Origin: Planctomycetota bacterium
GTDB lineage: Bacteria; Planctomycetota; JAJSAM01; JAJVHW01
Assembly: GCA_965248445.1 (NCBI GenBank)
Contig: CBDFJG010000004.1
Coordinates: forward strand, 1,824,001-1,888,000
Direction: 5' to 3'
DNA: 64,000 bases
The notes beneath the pieces are model-generated. The model was not told where the DNA came from and did no database searches. It saw only the letters and a program-made list of their open reading frames with translations. Positions 48,156-58,667 of this stretch are shown piece after piece. Both the position numbers and the translations under genes were made by a program. Every line of letters begins with the position of its first letter. Position 1 is the first letter of the stretch.

Positions 48156-49687
48156 GTACCCGTTCAGGGTATGACGATCCGCGGCCTCAGCGCGTGATCG
48201 GGAGCGCGACGAGAGCCGGCGGCGAGCGGTTGTGCGCGAGTGCCGCGCTGACGTCTGCGAGGTAATCGAAGACGCTCTCGCCACGCTGGCGGAGCGTGGC
48301 GGTGACGGTCAGGATGCGCTCGACGAAGCGGAGTCCGCGCTCGCTCTGACTTCCGTGCGTTGCGCGTCTCCACAGGACCGGCTTGCGCACCGCGCGCTCA
48401 GCGGCGTTGTTCGTCGGGGAGACGCCAGGGACGTCGGCGAAGGTCCACAGAGCCTCCGCTCGGTCGAGCAGATGCCGAGTCGTTCCGCGTACTCGGCGGT
48501 GCTTGCTGTCTGCGCCGCGCACGAGCAGCGTCAGGAGTCGGTCCCATGTGAGACGCAGCTCACGCCGCATGCGGTCGCGGTCCCCGTGCTCGCCGAAGTG
48601 ACGCTGAGCTCGCATGACAGCCTGGGCGAGACGCACGGCCTGCTTGCCGAAGCGCCGGCCGCCGCGCGAGCCCTCGGCCAGCGCTCGAAAGTCCCTCTCG
48701 AGATGCGCCCAGCAGATCTGGCGGCGCTCGGTGGGATGCTGGTCGTAAGCGCCCATACGGTCGGTCACGAGGACGCCCCTGAAGCGCTTGCCCACGAGTC
48801 GCCGCATGGCCTTGGCGCTCCTGCGCCGATCGATACGATGGACCGTGGCGTGCTCACAGACCGCGCTCCACAGCCAATGCAGCGTGCCACGACGCGACCA
48901 CGGTGTCTCGTCTACATAGGCGACGCTGCTCGTGCGTACGGCCCCGAGGGCCTCGATGTGCGCTGAGGAGATGGCTCCCGACACCCGCTCCTCGATCGCA
49001 CTGACCGTGCCCGGTGACATCGAGACGCCGATGACGTCACGCAACAGACGACTGGTCTCGCGCCGCGACAGGCGGAAGACGCCGACCAGAGCCGCGGTGA
49101 GCGCACAGAGTCGCGGGCCGAAGGGACTCGCCGTCACACCGCTTGGCAGCGAGGCAGTGGACGTGGCGCCACAGTCCGTGCACCGTGCCCGGTGCAACCG
49201 GTGCTCGGTCACCTGGATCAGCCGTGGCGGGACCTCGAAGACCTGCTGGCGTGTCGGGGCGCGATCGATCGGGACGAGCACGTCGCTCCCACACGCGCTG
49301 CACTCGCGCGGGCGGTGGTCCTCTACGCCATCGACCTCGGACTCGTCCACGAGCTTGCGCGTCGCCCCTTTGTGGCCGGGCTGCGCACCCTGGCGCTTGT
49401 CCGACGGCGGCTTGCGCCGCCGCCGCTTCTTGGACCACGACGGATCCGAGGACGGTGGGCGCGAGGAGGTGCGGGAGTCCCGGCGAAGACGGCTCTCGAG
49501 ATCGTCGATCCGTGCCGCCTGCCGCTCGATCACCTCCGCCTGCTCGGCAATCGTCTCGTCCCGAGCGTCCAGACGACGGGTCAGGCGCTCGACCAGATCA
49601 CGCAGCTCATCGGTGCCCACATCCGATTCATCGACCGAACGGAAAGCGATCTGGATCCGAGCTCAGAACCAAGGGCTGAACGGGTAC
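48156..49687 (-). mobile_element. IS66-family single-ORF (ISBst12-like) element, copy A (1532 bp), 8-bp TSD GCACCTGG
   Basis: IRs GTACCCGTTCAG/CTGAACGGGTAC; TSD at 48148-48155 and 49688-49695. Confidence 0.95.
48187..49620 (-). CDS. IS66 family transposase
   Basis: Leucine zipper, SS.PPSSD, GAQPGHKG, CSACG/CTDCG Zn ribbon, DET, VTDR, QICWAH and PTNNAAERAVR. Confidence 0.95.
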   Translation of the reverse strand: MGTDELRDLVERLTRRLDARDETIAEQAEVIERQAARIDDLESRLRRDSRTSSRPPSSDPSWSKKRRRRKPPSDKRQGAQPGHKGATRKLVDESEVDGVEDHRPRECSACGSDVLVPIDRAPTRQQVFEVPPRLIQVTEHRLHRARCTDCGATSTASLPSGVTASPFGPRLCALTAALVGVFRLSRRETSRLLRDVIGVSMSPGTVSAIEERVSGAISSAHIEALGAVRTSSVAYVDETPWSRRGTLHWLWSAVCEHATVHRIDRRRSAKAMRRLVGKRFRGVLVTDRMGAYDQHPTERRQICWAHLERDFRALAEGSRGGRRFGKQAVRLAQAVMRAQRHFGEHGDRDRMRRELRLTWDRLLTLLVRGADSKHRRVRGTTRHLLDRAEALWTFADVPGVSPTNNAAERAVRKPVLWRRATHGSQSERGLRFVERILTVTATLRQRGESVFDYLADVSAALAHNRSPPALVALPITR

Positions 49688-50110
49688 GCACCTGGAGCCC
49701 CTTCGTGGCCGCGCCGACGACGAAGATGTCCGTCGCATCGATATCGTCGATGTACCTCAGCGCGCTCTCGGGTTCTGGATCGACGAAGAACTCGTACGCT
49801 TCGTCGATCAGCGCGCCGCGGCCGGGAGCGCTGTGCATGTCGACGATCGCGCGGAGAGCGTCTCCCGTCGCCGCGACACCGGTGGGGTTGCAGGGGTTGC
49901 TCTTCAGCAGCATCACCCGTGAACTCCCGTCGAGCGGATCGACGTCGTAGTCACCGGGCGCGGGCCGGAAGCGGTTCTCCACGTTGCTGGGGATCAGCCG
50001 GTGGGGGACGTCGAGGAGACGCAGCACGTCCCAGTACGGCGTGTACTCCGTCGACTCGAGCGTGACCGTCGTCCCCGGCTTCAGGAACGCGAGGATCGCG
50101 AAGATCGCGG

Positions 50111-50150
<40 letters not shown>

Positions 50151-50541
50151 CGAACACCGCTACGTGGTCGGCCGTGATTCCAGCGTCGTAGAACGTGTTG
50201 TAGTAGTCGGCGATGGCCTGGCGCAGCGGCGGCTCGCCGTCGGCCTTCGGGTACATCAGGTCGGTGGACGTGATATCGACGCTGCTCGGCAGCGGCGGCC
50301 CGCCGGGCAGCTGCGTCGTGAGCGGAAAGCCCTGCGCCCACGGGTGCGTGCCGGCATCGCCCATGTACTTCTGCGTGGCGTCGGCGAACTTGAAGAGGGT
50401 CTCGTAGATCCCCATCGGCGGGAACGTCTTGAGCAGCATGGGCGTCATCTGGCTCCAGTGAGGCAAGAGGCTACTCATGCCGGCCGGACACACAAGGCAG
50501 GACGCACCGCGACCGATGACGGGCGCGTATGCTGCGCTCTC

Positions 50542-50898
50542 GTGCGTGCTGCCTCACTCCCGCTGATCGTCCCGGCTCTGGCCGCCGCCGGGTGCATGTC
50601 GCTCGACTACGACCTGGCGGACGTGCCGATCCCGATCAGCGCACAGCCCGCGCCCGCGGGGACACACACGGAGCCGATCACGGTCGTGGCGAAGCACGTG
50701 CTGTACGCGCACGGTCTCCTGGGAGAGCGGGAGCCGGACGTCGCCTGGCTGATCGACGAGACGACCCGCGGCTACAGCCGCATCACGGGCTTTCGGTTGA
50801 CCCACGGCGCCACGTTCCACGACTGGCTGCTCACGCACCTTTCGCTCACGCTGCTGCGCTTCAAGACGATCACGATCGACATGGAGCGGATTCGCTAG
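50542..50898 (+). CDS. Small hypothetical lipoprotein (Bor-like)
   Basis: LAAAGC lipobox-like sequence; TFHDWLLTHLSLTLL..KTITID C-terminus. Confidence 0.55.
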   Translation: MRAASLPLIVPALAAAGCMSLDYDLADVPIPISAQPAPAGTHTEPITVVAKHVLYAHGLLGEREPDVAWLIDETTRGYSRITGFRLTHGATFHDWLLTHLSLTLLRFKTITIDMERIR

Positions 50899-52530
50899 CT
50901 CCGGCGCGCGTCAGTACTTGAGCGACTTGCCTTTGGGGGCCATGCGCACCTGCACCGCGCGCGTGTCCGTGCCGAGGCTGATCTCGATGGGGACGCCGAT
51001 CGGGCCGCCGGGCAGCGCACCGAGGTCGAGGTTCTTGCCCTTGAGCGAGAGTTGCTCCTTGCCGTAGTCGACCTTGAACTGGGAGATGCCGGGCGCGGAC
51101 GGCGGGTTCTTTGCCGTGAATGTGTCGCCCTTGGGCGTGAACTCGCCACCGGGGATGGTGACCTCGAACGAGTCGCCGTAGCGCACCATCACGTCGGGAG
51201 CCGTCGCCGGCGTGCCGCCATCGGTGGCGATGCCCGCGGTCAGGCTCAGCTTGTCCTTCCCGCCGCCCTTGTGCGTTGCCTTGGCCTTGAACGGAAACAC
51301 ACCGGGCTCGCTCAGCGCGCCGCGTCTCTTGCCCAGCCGGTACTTGCCGGCTTCGAGCTCGACCGTGCCGCGCCCATCCGCCGAGGCGGTCGCGAAGCGC
51401 ACCGAGATCGAGCCGTTCAGATCGATCGTGCCGACCTGTTCGCCCGTGACCTGCAGCTTGAACTTCGCGCGCGAACTGCCTGACTTGTGCGGTGTGATCG
51501 AGAACGTGATGCTGTCGTCCTTGAACTCGAACTTCCTGCCCTTGGCCGCCAGAGTCCCCGCGAACGTGAGGCCCGCGACCGAGATCGTCGCGGGTCCGGC
51601 CAGACGTGCTGCCGCAGCGCCCGTGTCGAAGAAGCCGGCGACCGTCATCTTCGACTTCGCGGGCTTCTTGGCGTTCACCTTGATCGCCACGTTCTTCGGG
51701 AGGACGAACGAGTCGGTGAGCGGTGCGTGGATGCTGAGCTCGACGTCGCCGCTGGTCGCGGCGTTGTTGCCCGAGCGAACGCTCGCGCCCGTCGCGTCGA
51801 TCGTCGCGCTGCTGCCGCCGAAGCTCTCGAGCGTGATGTCGCCCGACGCGCCTCCCACGTTGGCTTCGGTGAACACGATGGCCTGCGGCATCAAGAGCGA
51901 ACCGGAAACCGAGGTTGCGTCAACGCGCACCTGGCTGCGATACGCGCCCTCGACTGTCGCCGTGTCCTGGGAGTGGACGGAGAGCAGGCCGGAGGTGGCG
52001 TCCATCACCACGACGTCGAGTGTGGCTGCGCCGTTTGCCGCGACGACGCTCACGCCGACCCCGGTCGCGCGCGGAAAGCCGCCGCCCGAGGTTCCGAGCG
52101 TGACGTCGTTTGCGGCGTGGATGTCGATCGTGTCGCCCGTGCTCGTCAGCGTGACTTCGTCGGTAGCCGTGACGTCCTTGCCGTGCGCGTGGAGCCGGAT
52201 CCCGCCCTTACCGACGGCCGTCGCGGTGCCTGCTCCGGCGAGGATCACCGACTCGCTGGCCTTCAGTGTGATCTGCCCGCCGGCGAGGGGGTCCCCCTCG
52301 CCTGAGCCGTCGCTGGCGACCAAGGAGAAGTCGGGGCCGATCTCGACGGGCCCACCGAACGCCTCGACGCGGACGTTCCCTCGATTGGCATTCAGGACCA
52401 CACCGAAGGTCAGGGCGACTTCGGTGCCCGCATCCATCAGTACGTTGCCGCCGTTTCGCCTCGACGGTGATGTCGACCAATGACACCACTCCGTCCCCGA
52501 TCGCATGCGCGACGAAGTCGCCGACTTCGG

Positions 52531-54062
52531 GTACCCGTTCAGCCCTTGGTTCTGAGCTCGGATCCAGATCGCTTTCCGTTCGGTCGATGAATCGGATGTG
52601 GGCACCGATGAGCTGCGTGATCTGGTCGAGCGCCTGACCCGTCGTCTGGACGCTCGGGACGAGACGATTGCCGAGCAGGCGGAGGTGATCGAGCGGCAGG
52701 CGGCACGGATCGACGATCTCGAGAGCCGTCTTCGCCGGGACTCCCGCACCTCCTCGCGCCCACCGTCCTCGGATCCGTCGTGGTCCAAGAAGCGGCGGCG
52801 GCGCAAGCCGCCGTCGGACAAGCGCCAGGGTGCGCAGCCCGGCCACAAAGGGGCGACGCGCAAGCTCGTGGACGAGTCCGAGGTCGATGGCGTAGAGGAC
52901 CACCGCCCGCGCGAGTGCAGCGCGTGTGGGAGCGACGTGCTCGTCCCGATCGATCGCGCCCCGACACGCCAGCAGGTCTTCGAGGTCCCGCCACGGCTGA
53001 TCCAGGTGACCGAGCACCGGTTGCACCGGGCACGGTGCACGGACTGTGGCGCCACGTCCACTGCCTCGCTGCCAAGCGGTGTGACGGCGAGTCCCTTCGG
53101 CCCGCGACTCTGTGCGCTCACCGCGGCTCTGGTCGGCGTCTTCCGCCTGTCGCGGCGCGAGACCAGTCGTCTGTTGCGTGACGTCATCGGCGTCTCGATG
53201 TCACCGGGCACGGTCAGTGCGATCGAGGAGCGGGTGTCGGGAGCCATCTCCTCAGCGCACATCGAGGCCCTCGGGGCCGTACGCACGAGCAGCGTCGCCT
53301 ATGTAGACGAGACACCGTGGTCGCGTCGTGGCACGCTGCATTGGCTGTGGAGCGCGGTCTGTGAGCACGCCACGGTCCATCGTATCGATCGGCGCAGGAG
53401 CGCCAAGGCCATGCGGCGACTCGTGGGCAAGCGCTTCAGGGGCGTCCTCGTGACCGACCGTATGGGCGCTTACGACCAGCATCCCACCGAGCGCCGCCAG
53501 ATCTGCTGGGCGCATCTCGAGAGGGACTTTCGAGCGCTGGCCGAGGGCTCGCGCGGCGGCCGGCGCTTCGGCAAGCAGGCCGTGCGTCTCGCCCAGGCTG
53601 TCATGCGAGCTCAGCGTCACTTCGGCGAGCACGGGGACCGCGACCGCATGCGGCGTGAGCTGCGTCTCACATGGGACCGACTCCTGACGCTGCTCGTGCG
53701 CGGCGCAGACAGCAAGCACCGCCGAGTACGCGGAACGACTCGGCATCTGCTCGACCGAGCGGAGGCTCTGTGGACCTTCGCCGACGTCCCTGGCGTCTCC
53801 CCGACGAACAACGCCGCTGAGCGCGCGGTGCGCAAGCCGGTCCTGTGGAGACGCGCAACGCACGGAAGTCAGAGCGAGCGCGGACTCCGCTTCGTCGAGC
53901 GCATCCTGACCGTCACCGCCACGCTCCGCCAGCGTGGCGAGAGCGTCTTCGATTACCTCGCAGACGTCAGCGCGGCACTCGCGCACAACCGCTCGCCGCC
54001 GGCTCTCGTCGCGCTCCCGATCACGCGCTGAGGCCGCGGATCGTCATACCCTGAACGGGTAC
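52531..54062 (+). mobile_element. IS66-family single-ORF element, copy B (1532 bp), 8-bp TSD GACTTCGG
   Basis: Same IRs as copy A; TSD at 52523-52530 and 54063-54070. Confidence 0.95.
52598..54031 (+). CDS. IS66 family transposase
   Basis: Same protein sequence as copy A. Confidence 0.95.
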   Translation: MGTDELRDLVERLTRRLDARDETIAEQAEVIERQAARIDDLESRLRRDSRTSSRPPSSDPSWSKKRRRRKPPSDKRQGAQPGHKGATRKLVDESEVDGVEDHRPRECSACGSDVLVPIDRAPTRQQVFEVPPRLIQVTEHRLHRARCTDCGATSTASLPSGVTASPFGPRLCALTAALVGVFRLSRRETSRLLRDVIGVSMSPGTVSAIEERVSGAISSAHIEALGAVRTSSVAYVDETPWSRRGTLHWLWSAVCEHATVHRIDRRRSAKAMRRLVGKRFRGVLVTDRMGAYDQHPTERRQICWAHLERDFRALAEGSRGGRRFGKQAVRLAQAVMRAQRHFGEHGDRDRMRRELRLTWDRLLTLLVRGADSKHRRVRGTTRHLLDRAEALWTFADVPGVSPTNNAAERAVRKPVLWRRATHGSQSERGLRFVERILTVTATLRQRGESVFDYLADVSAALAHNRSPPALVALPITR

Positions 54063-54917
54063 GACTTCGGACACGACGCGGCACCAGTTCAGGAACACAA
54101 AAGTCCCCGACAGGAGGAGTACTTCACCATTCCCGGCGATGACCTCGGCCGACTGTATGTCCACGGCCGTTTGGTTCGAGTCGGCACTGGGACCGTGTGC
54201 GCGGAACGTGATGTCGCCGTCGACCGTCGTCACCCTGCTCAGCACGGCGCCGGGCACGAACTCCCCGTCCGACCGGGCGCCTGTGCCGATGTCCACGCGG
54301 TCCGCATCGATCGTGATGGGACTCGCGGCGCCCGTCGTGCGAATGAACGTCACGGGCACGCCGAAGCGGTGTTCCAGTCCGACGGACCCACCGGCTACCA
54401 AGACGATCGGCTGATTGTCGCCGGTCGTTTGAATGCCCCCGTCGATGTCGATGATACCCGTCGCGCAGAGCGTCACGGGCCCCGTGTACGTGACGACCGC
54501 GTCTTGGATCAGCAGTGACTCATACTCGTAGATCCCGCCCGGCAGCGTCATGTCGCTCGTAATCGCCACCAGCCCAAGCGCTCCCGTGCCGGTGTCCGGC
54601 TTCGTCGGCAGCGTCGCCGTGAGAGTTCCCTGCGGCGTCAGTGCCGGCGCGTTGGGCGGCACCGCCGCCGGCGCGCACGGGTCGATGGTGACCGTGCCCT
54701 GCGTCGCAGCAGTTCCCGCGGCAACGGTCGCCCCAGTCGTGTCGATCGTGGCGCTGCCGACCGCACCGTCGAGTCCGACGCAGACGATCACCAGTGTCAA
54801 CCCTGCGACCAGGATTCGCGTCACGCGCATGCTCCCCCCCTCACTCGGTGCGATGTCACACCAACCCGCGCCCATTCTAGGCGTTCCGGCGCCCTGGGCG
54901 CATGCGCGCCGCGCCGA

Positions 54918-57900
54918 CTAACCTCGCACGACCGTCGTGGCCGTACCCGTTCCGGCGTCGCCGATCTCTGCCCTCCAGGCGTCCATGATCTGCCGGTTCA
55001 CATCGAGCTCCGTGAGCATCCGTTCGCGGCTCTCGCCGGGCGCGCGTGCTACGGACTCATCGAGCAATCGCTTGGCCTCGACGAGGTGGCTCTTGTCGCG
55101 GGTCGCCAGCCACAGTTGGAGACGCGCCTCACACCGCTGGTCGGCGACCAGCACCTCCTCGTTCTTCTCGAATGCAGCCAGCGCGTCCGCGGCGTCCCCG
55201 CCGGGCAGGCGTGCGAGGTGACAGCGAGCGAGCGTCTCCTCGCCGCGCGCGCGGATCTCCACCGCGAGGTCGCGGGCGACGACGTACATCTTGTGTGCGC
55301 GCGCTTCGTCGCCGGCCGCAGAGTGCAGAGATGCGAGCGCGAGACGCGCCGAGAGGACGACCTGCTGGAGCCCGGACGCCTCGCTCAACTCCAGCCCGGC
55401 TTGCATCTCGCGCTTCGCGAGCGCAGCGTCGCCCAACGCCTGCGCAAGTGAGCCCCTGTTGATGCGTCCGTAGGCTTCACCCCGCCGGTCCCCGATCTCG
55501 TGAGCGAGCTGGATCTGCCTCTCGTACTGCTGCCGGGCCTCCTCGAGCCGGCCGCTGAAGAAGAAGACGTTCCCCAGGTTGCCGGTGCTGCTCCCCTCGC
55601 CCCGGCGGTCGCCCGTTTCGCGGCAGAGATCCCGTTGACACTCGAACTGGACCTGCGCTTCCGCCAACCGGCCCTCGAACCAGAACACGCTCCCGAGACT
55701 TCCCATCGCGCGCGCCTCACCCTGCCGATCTCCCAGTTCGCGGCAGAGGGCGAGGTGCCGCTCGTGCTGCTCACGGGCGGCGTCCAAGAGACCCATCGCC
55801 GCCAAGACGTTCCCGAGATTGCCGATGGCGATCACTTCGCTCACCCGGTACCCGATCTCGAGTGCAATCGCGAGCTGGTGCTCGTAGAGCGCCTTCGCCT
55901 CCGCCAACTGCCCCTCGGCCTTGACCACGAGACCGAGGTTCCCCGTCGCGACCGATTCGCCCTGCCGGTCGTCGATGTCGCGGCAGATCTCGAGTCGCCG
56001 CTCGATGTGCTCGCGCGCCTCGGTGAGCCGCCCCGTACCCCAACAAACGACGCCCAGCTGGCCGATGGCGCCGGCCTCCGCCCTCGTGTCGCCCACCTCG
56101 CGAGCGATCTCGAGAGCACGGTGCGACGCCGCTTCCGCGGCGGCGTGATTGGCGGTGCGCCAGTACCGGCGGCTGAGTGCGAGCGCCGCCTCGATCTGGA
56201 TCGCGCGGTCGCCCGCCTCCCGGGCGACCCGTTCCGCTTCCTGTACGGCTTCCTCCTGTCGGGTGCGGCGTCCCATCGCATCCAGTGCGCCCGCCAGTTG
56301 AAGGAGCACGCGCGCCCGATCCGTTCCCGCGAGCAGGCCCGGCTCCGACAGAACGCGCTCCGCCAGCGCGACCACCTGGGATTGGAGGTAGCTCTGCTCG
56401 AGGTGTGCCATCGCCGGAGCCACGTAACGCTTCGCCCGTTCGCCTCGCCCGCCCTTCAGAAAGTGCTCGCACAGGTCCCTGCAGAGCGCGCCGTCGAGCG
56501 ACGTGGGGTCGCTCGCAGCGGCGCTCGCATGCGTCTCGAGTGCTTCGGCCAGAGCGGAGTGGTAGTGCTCGCGAAGCTGCTCGAGAATCCCGGAGTAGAG
56601 GGCCTCTTGCACCTGGTGATGGTCGAACGTGACATGGCGCCCCGCCGCTCTCACGAGTCGATGCGACTTCTCGATCCGGCCGAGTCGCTTCAGTGCCGGG
56701 ACGACCGGGATTCCCGCCGCGGTCGCGACGAGCACCGGATCGAACTCGAAGCCGTAACACGCGGCGACCTCGAGCAGGTCCTTGTCTTCCTCCTCCAAGG
56801 CCGCGATGCGCGCGTTGATCATCTCCAGCACCGACGATGGGATCCGAATGTCCTCGATCGCTTGCGTCGAGTCCCACGTACCGTGCGCGCCTCCATCGAG
56901 AGACGATCCGTCGCGCAGACTGCGGATGATCTCGAACACGAAGAACGGATTGCCGTCGGACTTCTGCGCCACCTGTCCGGCGAGGCGCAGTGCCAACTGC
57001 TCCGATCCGAGCGAGTCCTGCAGCAGGCTGATCAGGTCCTTGGGTCCAAGGCGTGTGAGATCCAGCAGCGTCGTGTGCTCGCGGCGGCGGAGATGGGCGA
57101 CCCACTCGTCGGAGACCGCCGGGCGCGTGGACCCGACCAGAAGCACACGGTGACCCGCCATTGCCAGGCCGAGCGTTGTGAACATCGAGCGGGCGTGCTT
57201 CGGCGCGAACTGAAGGTCGTCGATCAGGACGATGGTTGTTCGCTCGGCACCGAGACTCCGCGTGGAATGGACGAAACACGTTCCGAGCGAGTCCTGCGTC
57301 AACTCGAACACGCCGTCGGGTGACGGTTCGCCGCGCAGAACCGCATCGAACGCGGGGGCGAGAAGCGGTGTCTGCATCAGATGCTCGGCAGACCCCGCGT
57401 CGCCGAAGTGCTCGCGATACGCGCGCGAGAAGCCGTCCGCCGCGGTCGCCGCGCCACCGGGAGGGTAGCTACCGAAGAGGAAATTGAAGTCTTCGCCGTC
57501 CTGCTCCAGGCGCGCGATCAGTTCATCGATGAGGCGCGTTTTCCCGATGCCGGCCTCGCCTCGGATCAGTACGACCTGGCCGTCACCGGCCTGTGCCGCG
57601 GCGTACAGCGAACGGAGCTTCGACAGTTCGTCCTCTCGTCCGTGGACGGCCGTCTCCCGCTGGATGCGCATGCGCCGGGGCGGCTGGCTGGAACTCGCGC
57701 GCAGCTCACGCATCCGTTCGTGCCACCACGCGGAGTCCTCGCCCTCTGCGAGCACCGCGTGAAGTTCCTCGGCTGTTGCGAAGCGCTCGTCGCGAGTCTT
57801 CGCGAGCAGCGTGTGGACGACCTCCTCGAAGAACGGACTCAGTTGCTGGTGAACGTCGCCGAGTCGCCGGGGCTCCTCGTCGCAGACCCGCTTCATCACG

Positions 57901-58565
57901 GCGCGGAAGTCACCGCCGCGGTAAGGATGGTGACCGCACGCGAGTTCATAGAGCAAGACGCCGAGCGCGTGCAGGTCGGTGCGCCCGTCCACCTCACTCG
58001 AGGTGAACTGCTCCGGCGCCGCATAGGCCGCGGAGCCGATGAACGCGCCGCTCTGCGAGAGGCGGATCGCCTCGTCCGCCAGACGCGCAACTCCCAGGTC
58101 CATCACCTTCACCACGTGCTCTGCTGTGATGAGCACGTTCTCGGGCTTGAGGTCCCGGTGCACGACGCCGACCGCATGGATTGCGGCGAGACCCTTGCAG
58201 ACTTCGCGTCCGATGTGCCGGCAGAGTTCCTCGGGCACTCTGTCAAGGTCGCGTTGCAGGCCGGCGAGGGTCTGACCCTCGACGTACTCCATGACGAGAA
58301 AGTGCGAGCCGGCGATGGCGTCGCAATCCAGCGTGCGGACAACGTTGTCGTGCACGATCGCCTGTCCGACCTGCGCCTCGCGCATGAAACGCTTGAAGAA
58401 GCCCTCGGTCTCGAGGAGATGAGGGTGCACGATTTTCAGGGCGACGCGGGTACCCGCCTCGAGTCCTGGCGCGCGTCCCTGAACGACGGCGACGTAGACT
58501 TTCCCCATGCCGCCGGAACCGAGCCCCCGCTCGATCAGGTAAGGTCCGAGCCGTTCCCCTTTCAT
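54918..58565 (-). CDS. Ser/Thr kinase - STAND (AAA_16-type) NTPase - TPR protein, paralog 1
   Basis: GSGGMGKVY, VALK, HRDLKPEN, DLG, APE; GEAGIGKT, LIDDLQ, SDGNPFF, FDHHQVQEALY; about 9 repeats of 40 aa. Confidence 0.92.
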   Translation of the reverse strand: MKGERLGPYLIERGLGSGGMGKVYVAVVQGRAPGLEAGTRVALKIVHPHLLETEGFFKRFMREAQVGQAIVHDNVVRTLDCDAIAGSHFLVMEYVEGQTLAGLQRDLDRVPEELCRHIGREVCKGLAAIHAVGVVHRDLKPENVLITAEHVVKVMDLGVARLADEAIRLSQSGAFIGSAAYAAPEQFTSSEVDGRTDLHALGVLLYELACGHHPYRGGDFRAVMKRVCDEEPRRLGDVHQQLSPFFEEVVHTLLAKTRDERFATAEELHAVLAEGEDSAWWHERMRELRASSSQPPRRMRIQRETAVHGREDELSKLRSLYAAAQAGDGQVVLIRGEAGIGKTRLIDELIARLEQDGEDFNFLFGSYPPGGAATAADGFSRAYREHFGDAGSAEHLMQTPLLAPAFDAVLRGEPSPDGVFELTQDSLGTCFVHSTRSLGAERTTIVLIDDLQFAPKHARSMFTTLGLAMAGHRVLLVGSTRPAVSDEWVAHLRRREHTTLLDLTRLGPKDLISLLQDSLGSEQLALRLAGQVAQKSDGNPFFVFEIIRSLRDGSSLDGGAHGTWDSTQAIEDIRIPSSVLEMINARIAALEEEDKDLLEVAACYGFEFDPVLVATAAGIPVVPALKRLGRIEKSHRLVRAAGRHVTFDHHQVQEALYSGILEQLREHYHSALAEALETHASAAASDPTSLDGALCRDLCEHFLKGGRGERAKRYVAPAMAHLEQSYLQSQVVALAERVLSEPGLLAGTDRARVLLQLAGALDAMGRRTRQEEAVQEAERVAREAGDRAIQIEAALALSRRYWRTANHAAAEAASHRALEIAREVGDTRAEAGAIGQLGVVCWGTGRLTEAREHIERRLEICRDIDDRQGESVATGNLGLVVKAEGQLAEAKALYEHQLAIALEIGYRVSEVIAIGNLGNVLAAMGLLDAAREQHERHLALCRELGDRQGEARAMGSLGSVFWFEGRLAEAQVQFECQRDLCRETGDRRGEGSSTGNLGNVFFFSGRLEEARQQYERQIQLAHEIGDRRGEAYGRINRGSLAQALGDAALAKREMQAGLELSEASGLQQVVLSARLALASLHSAAGDEARAHKMYVVARDLAVEIRARGEETLARCHLARLPGGDAADALAAFEKNEEVLVADQRCEARLQLWLATRDKSHLVEAKRLLDESVARAPGESRERMLTELDVNRQIMDAWRAEIGDAGTGTATTVVRG

Positions 58566-58667
58566 CACGCGCAGGCTAGCTGCCCGACCGGCCGGGGCGC
58601 TTGCGCCGTCCCGCTACGGGCTCGGGACGCGGGTCGCCGGGTTCCGCGGATGCGCTACCTTGGCGGC

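Larger units (their letters stand above)
50911..54830 (-). pseudogene. Large secreted Gly/Thr/Ala-rich (beta-helix-like) surface protein with a Lys-rich C-terminal domain, interrupted by IS66 copy B
   Basis: Signal peptide MRVTRILVAGLTLVIV; the frame continues across the TSD (VVSEV|GDFVAH); extra 1-nt frameshift near 52455; ends KGKSLKY. Confidence 0.8.

Noticed and set aside
52531..53286. N-terminus of the 791-aa minus-strand ORF
   Set aside because: It is IS66 antisense sequence; the true N-terminus of the gene is at 54063-54830.
57381..58667. N-terminal 430-aa extension of the 1586-aa ORF
   Set aside because: It is the antisense of kinase paralog 1; alignment with the paralogs places the start near 58668.
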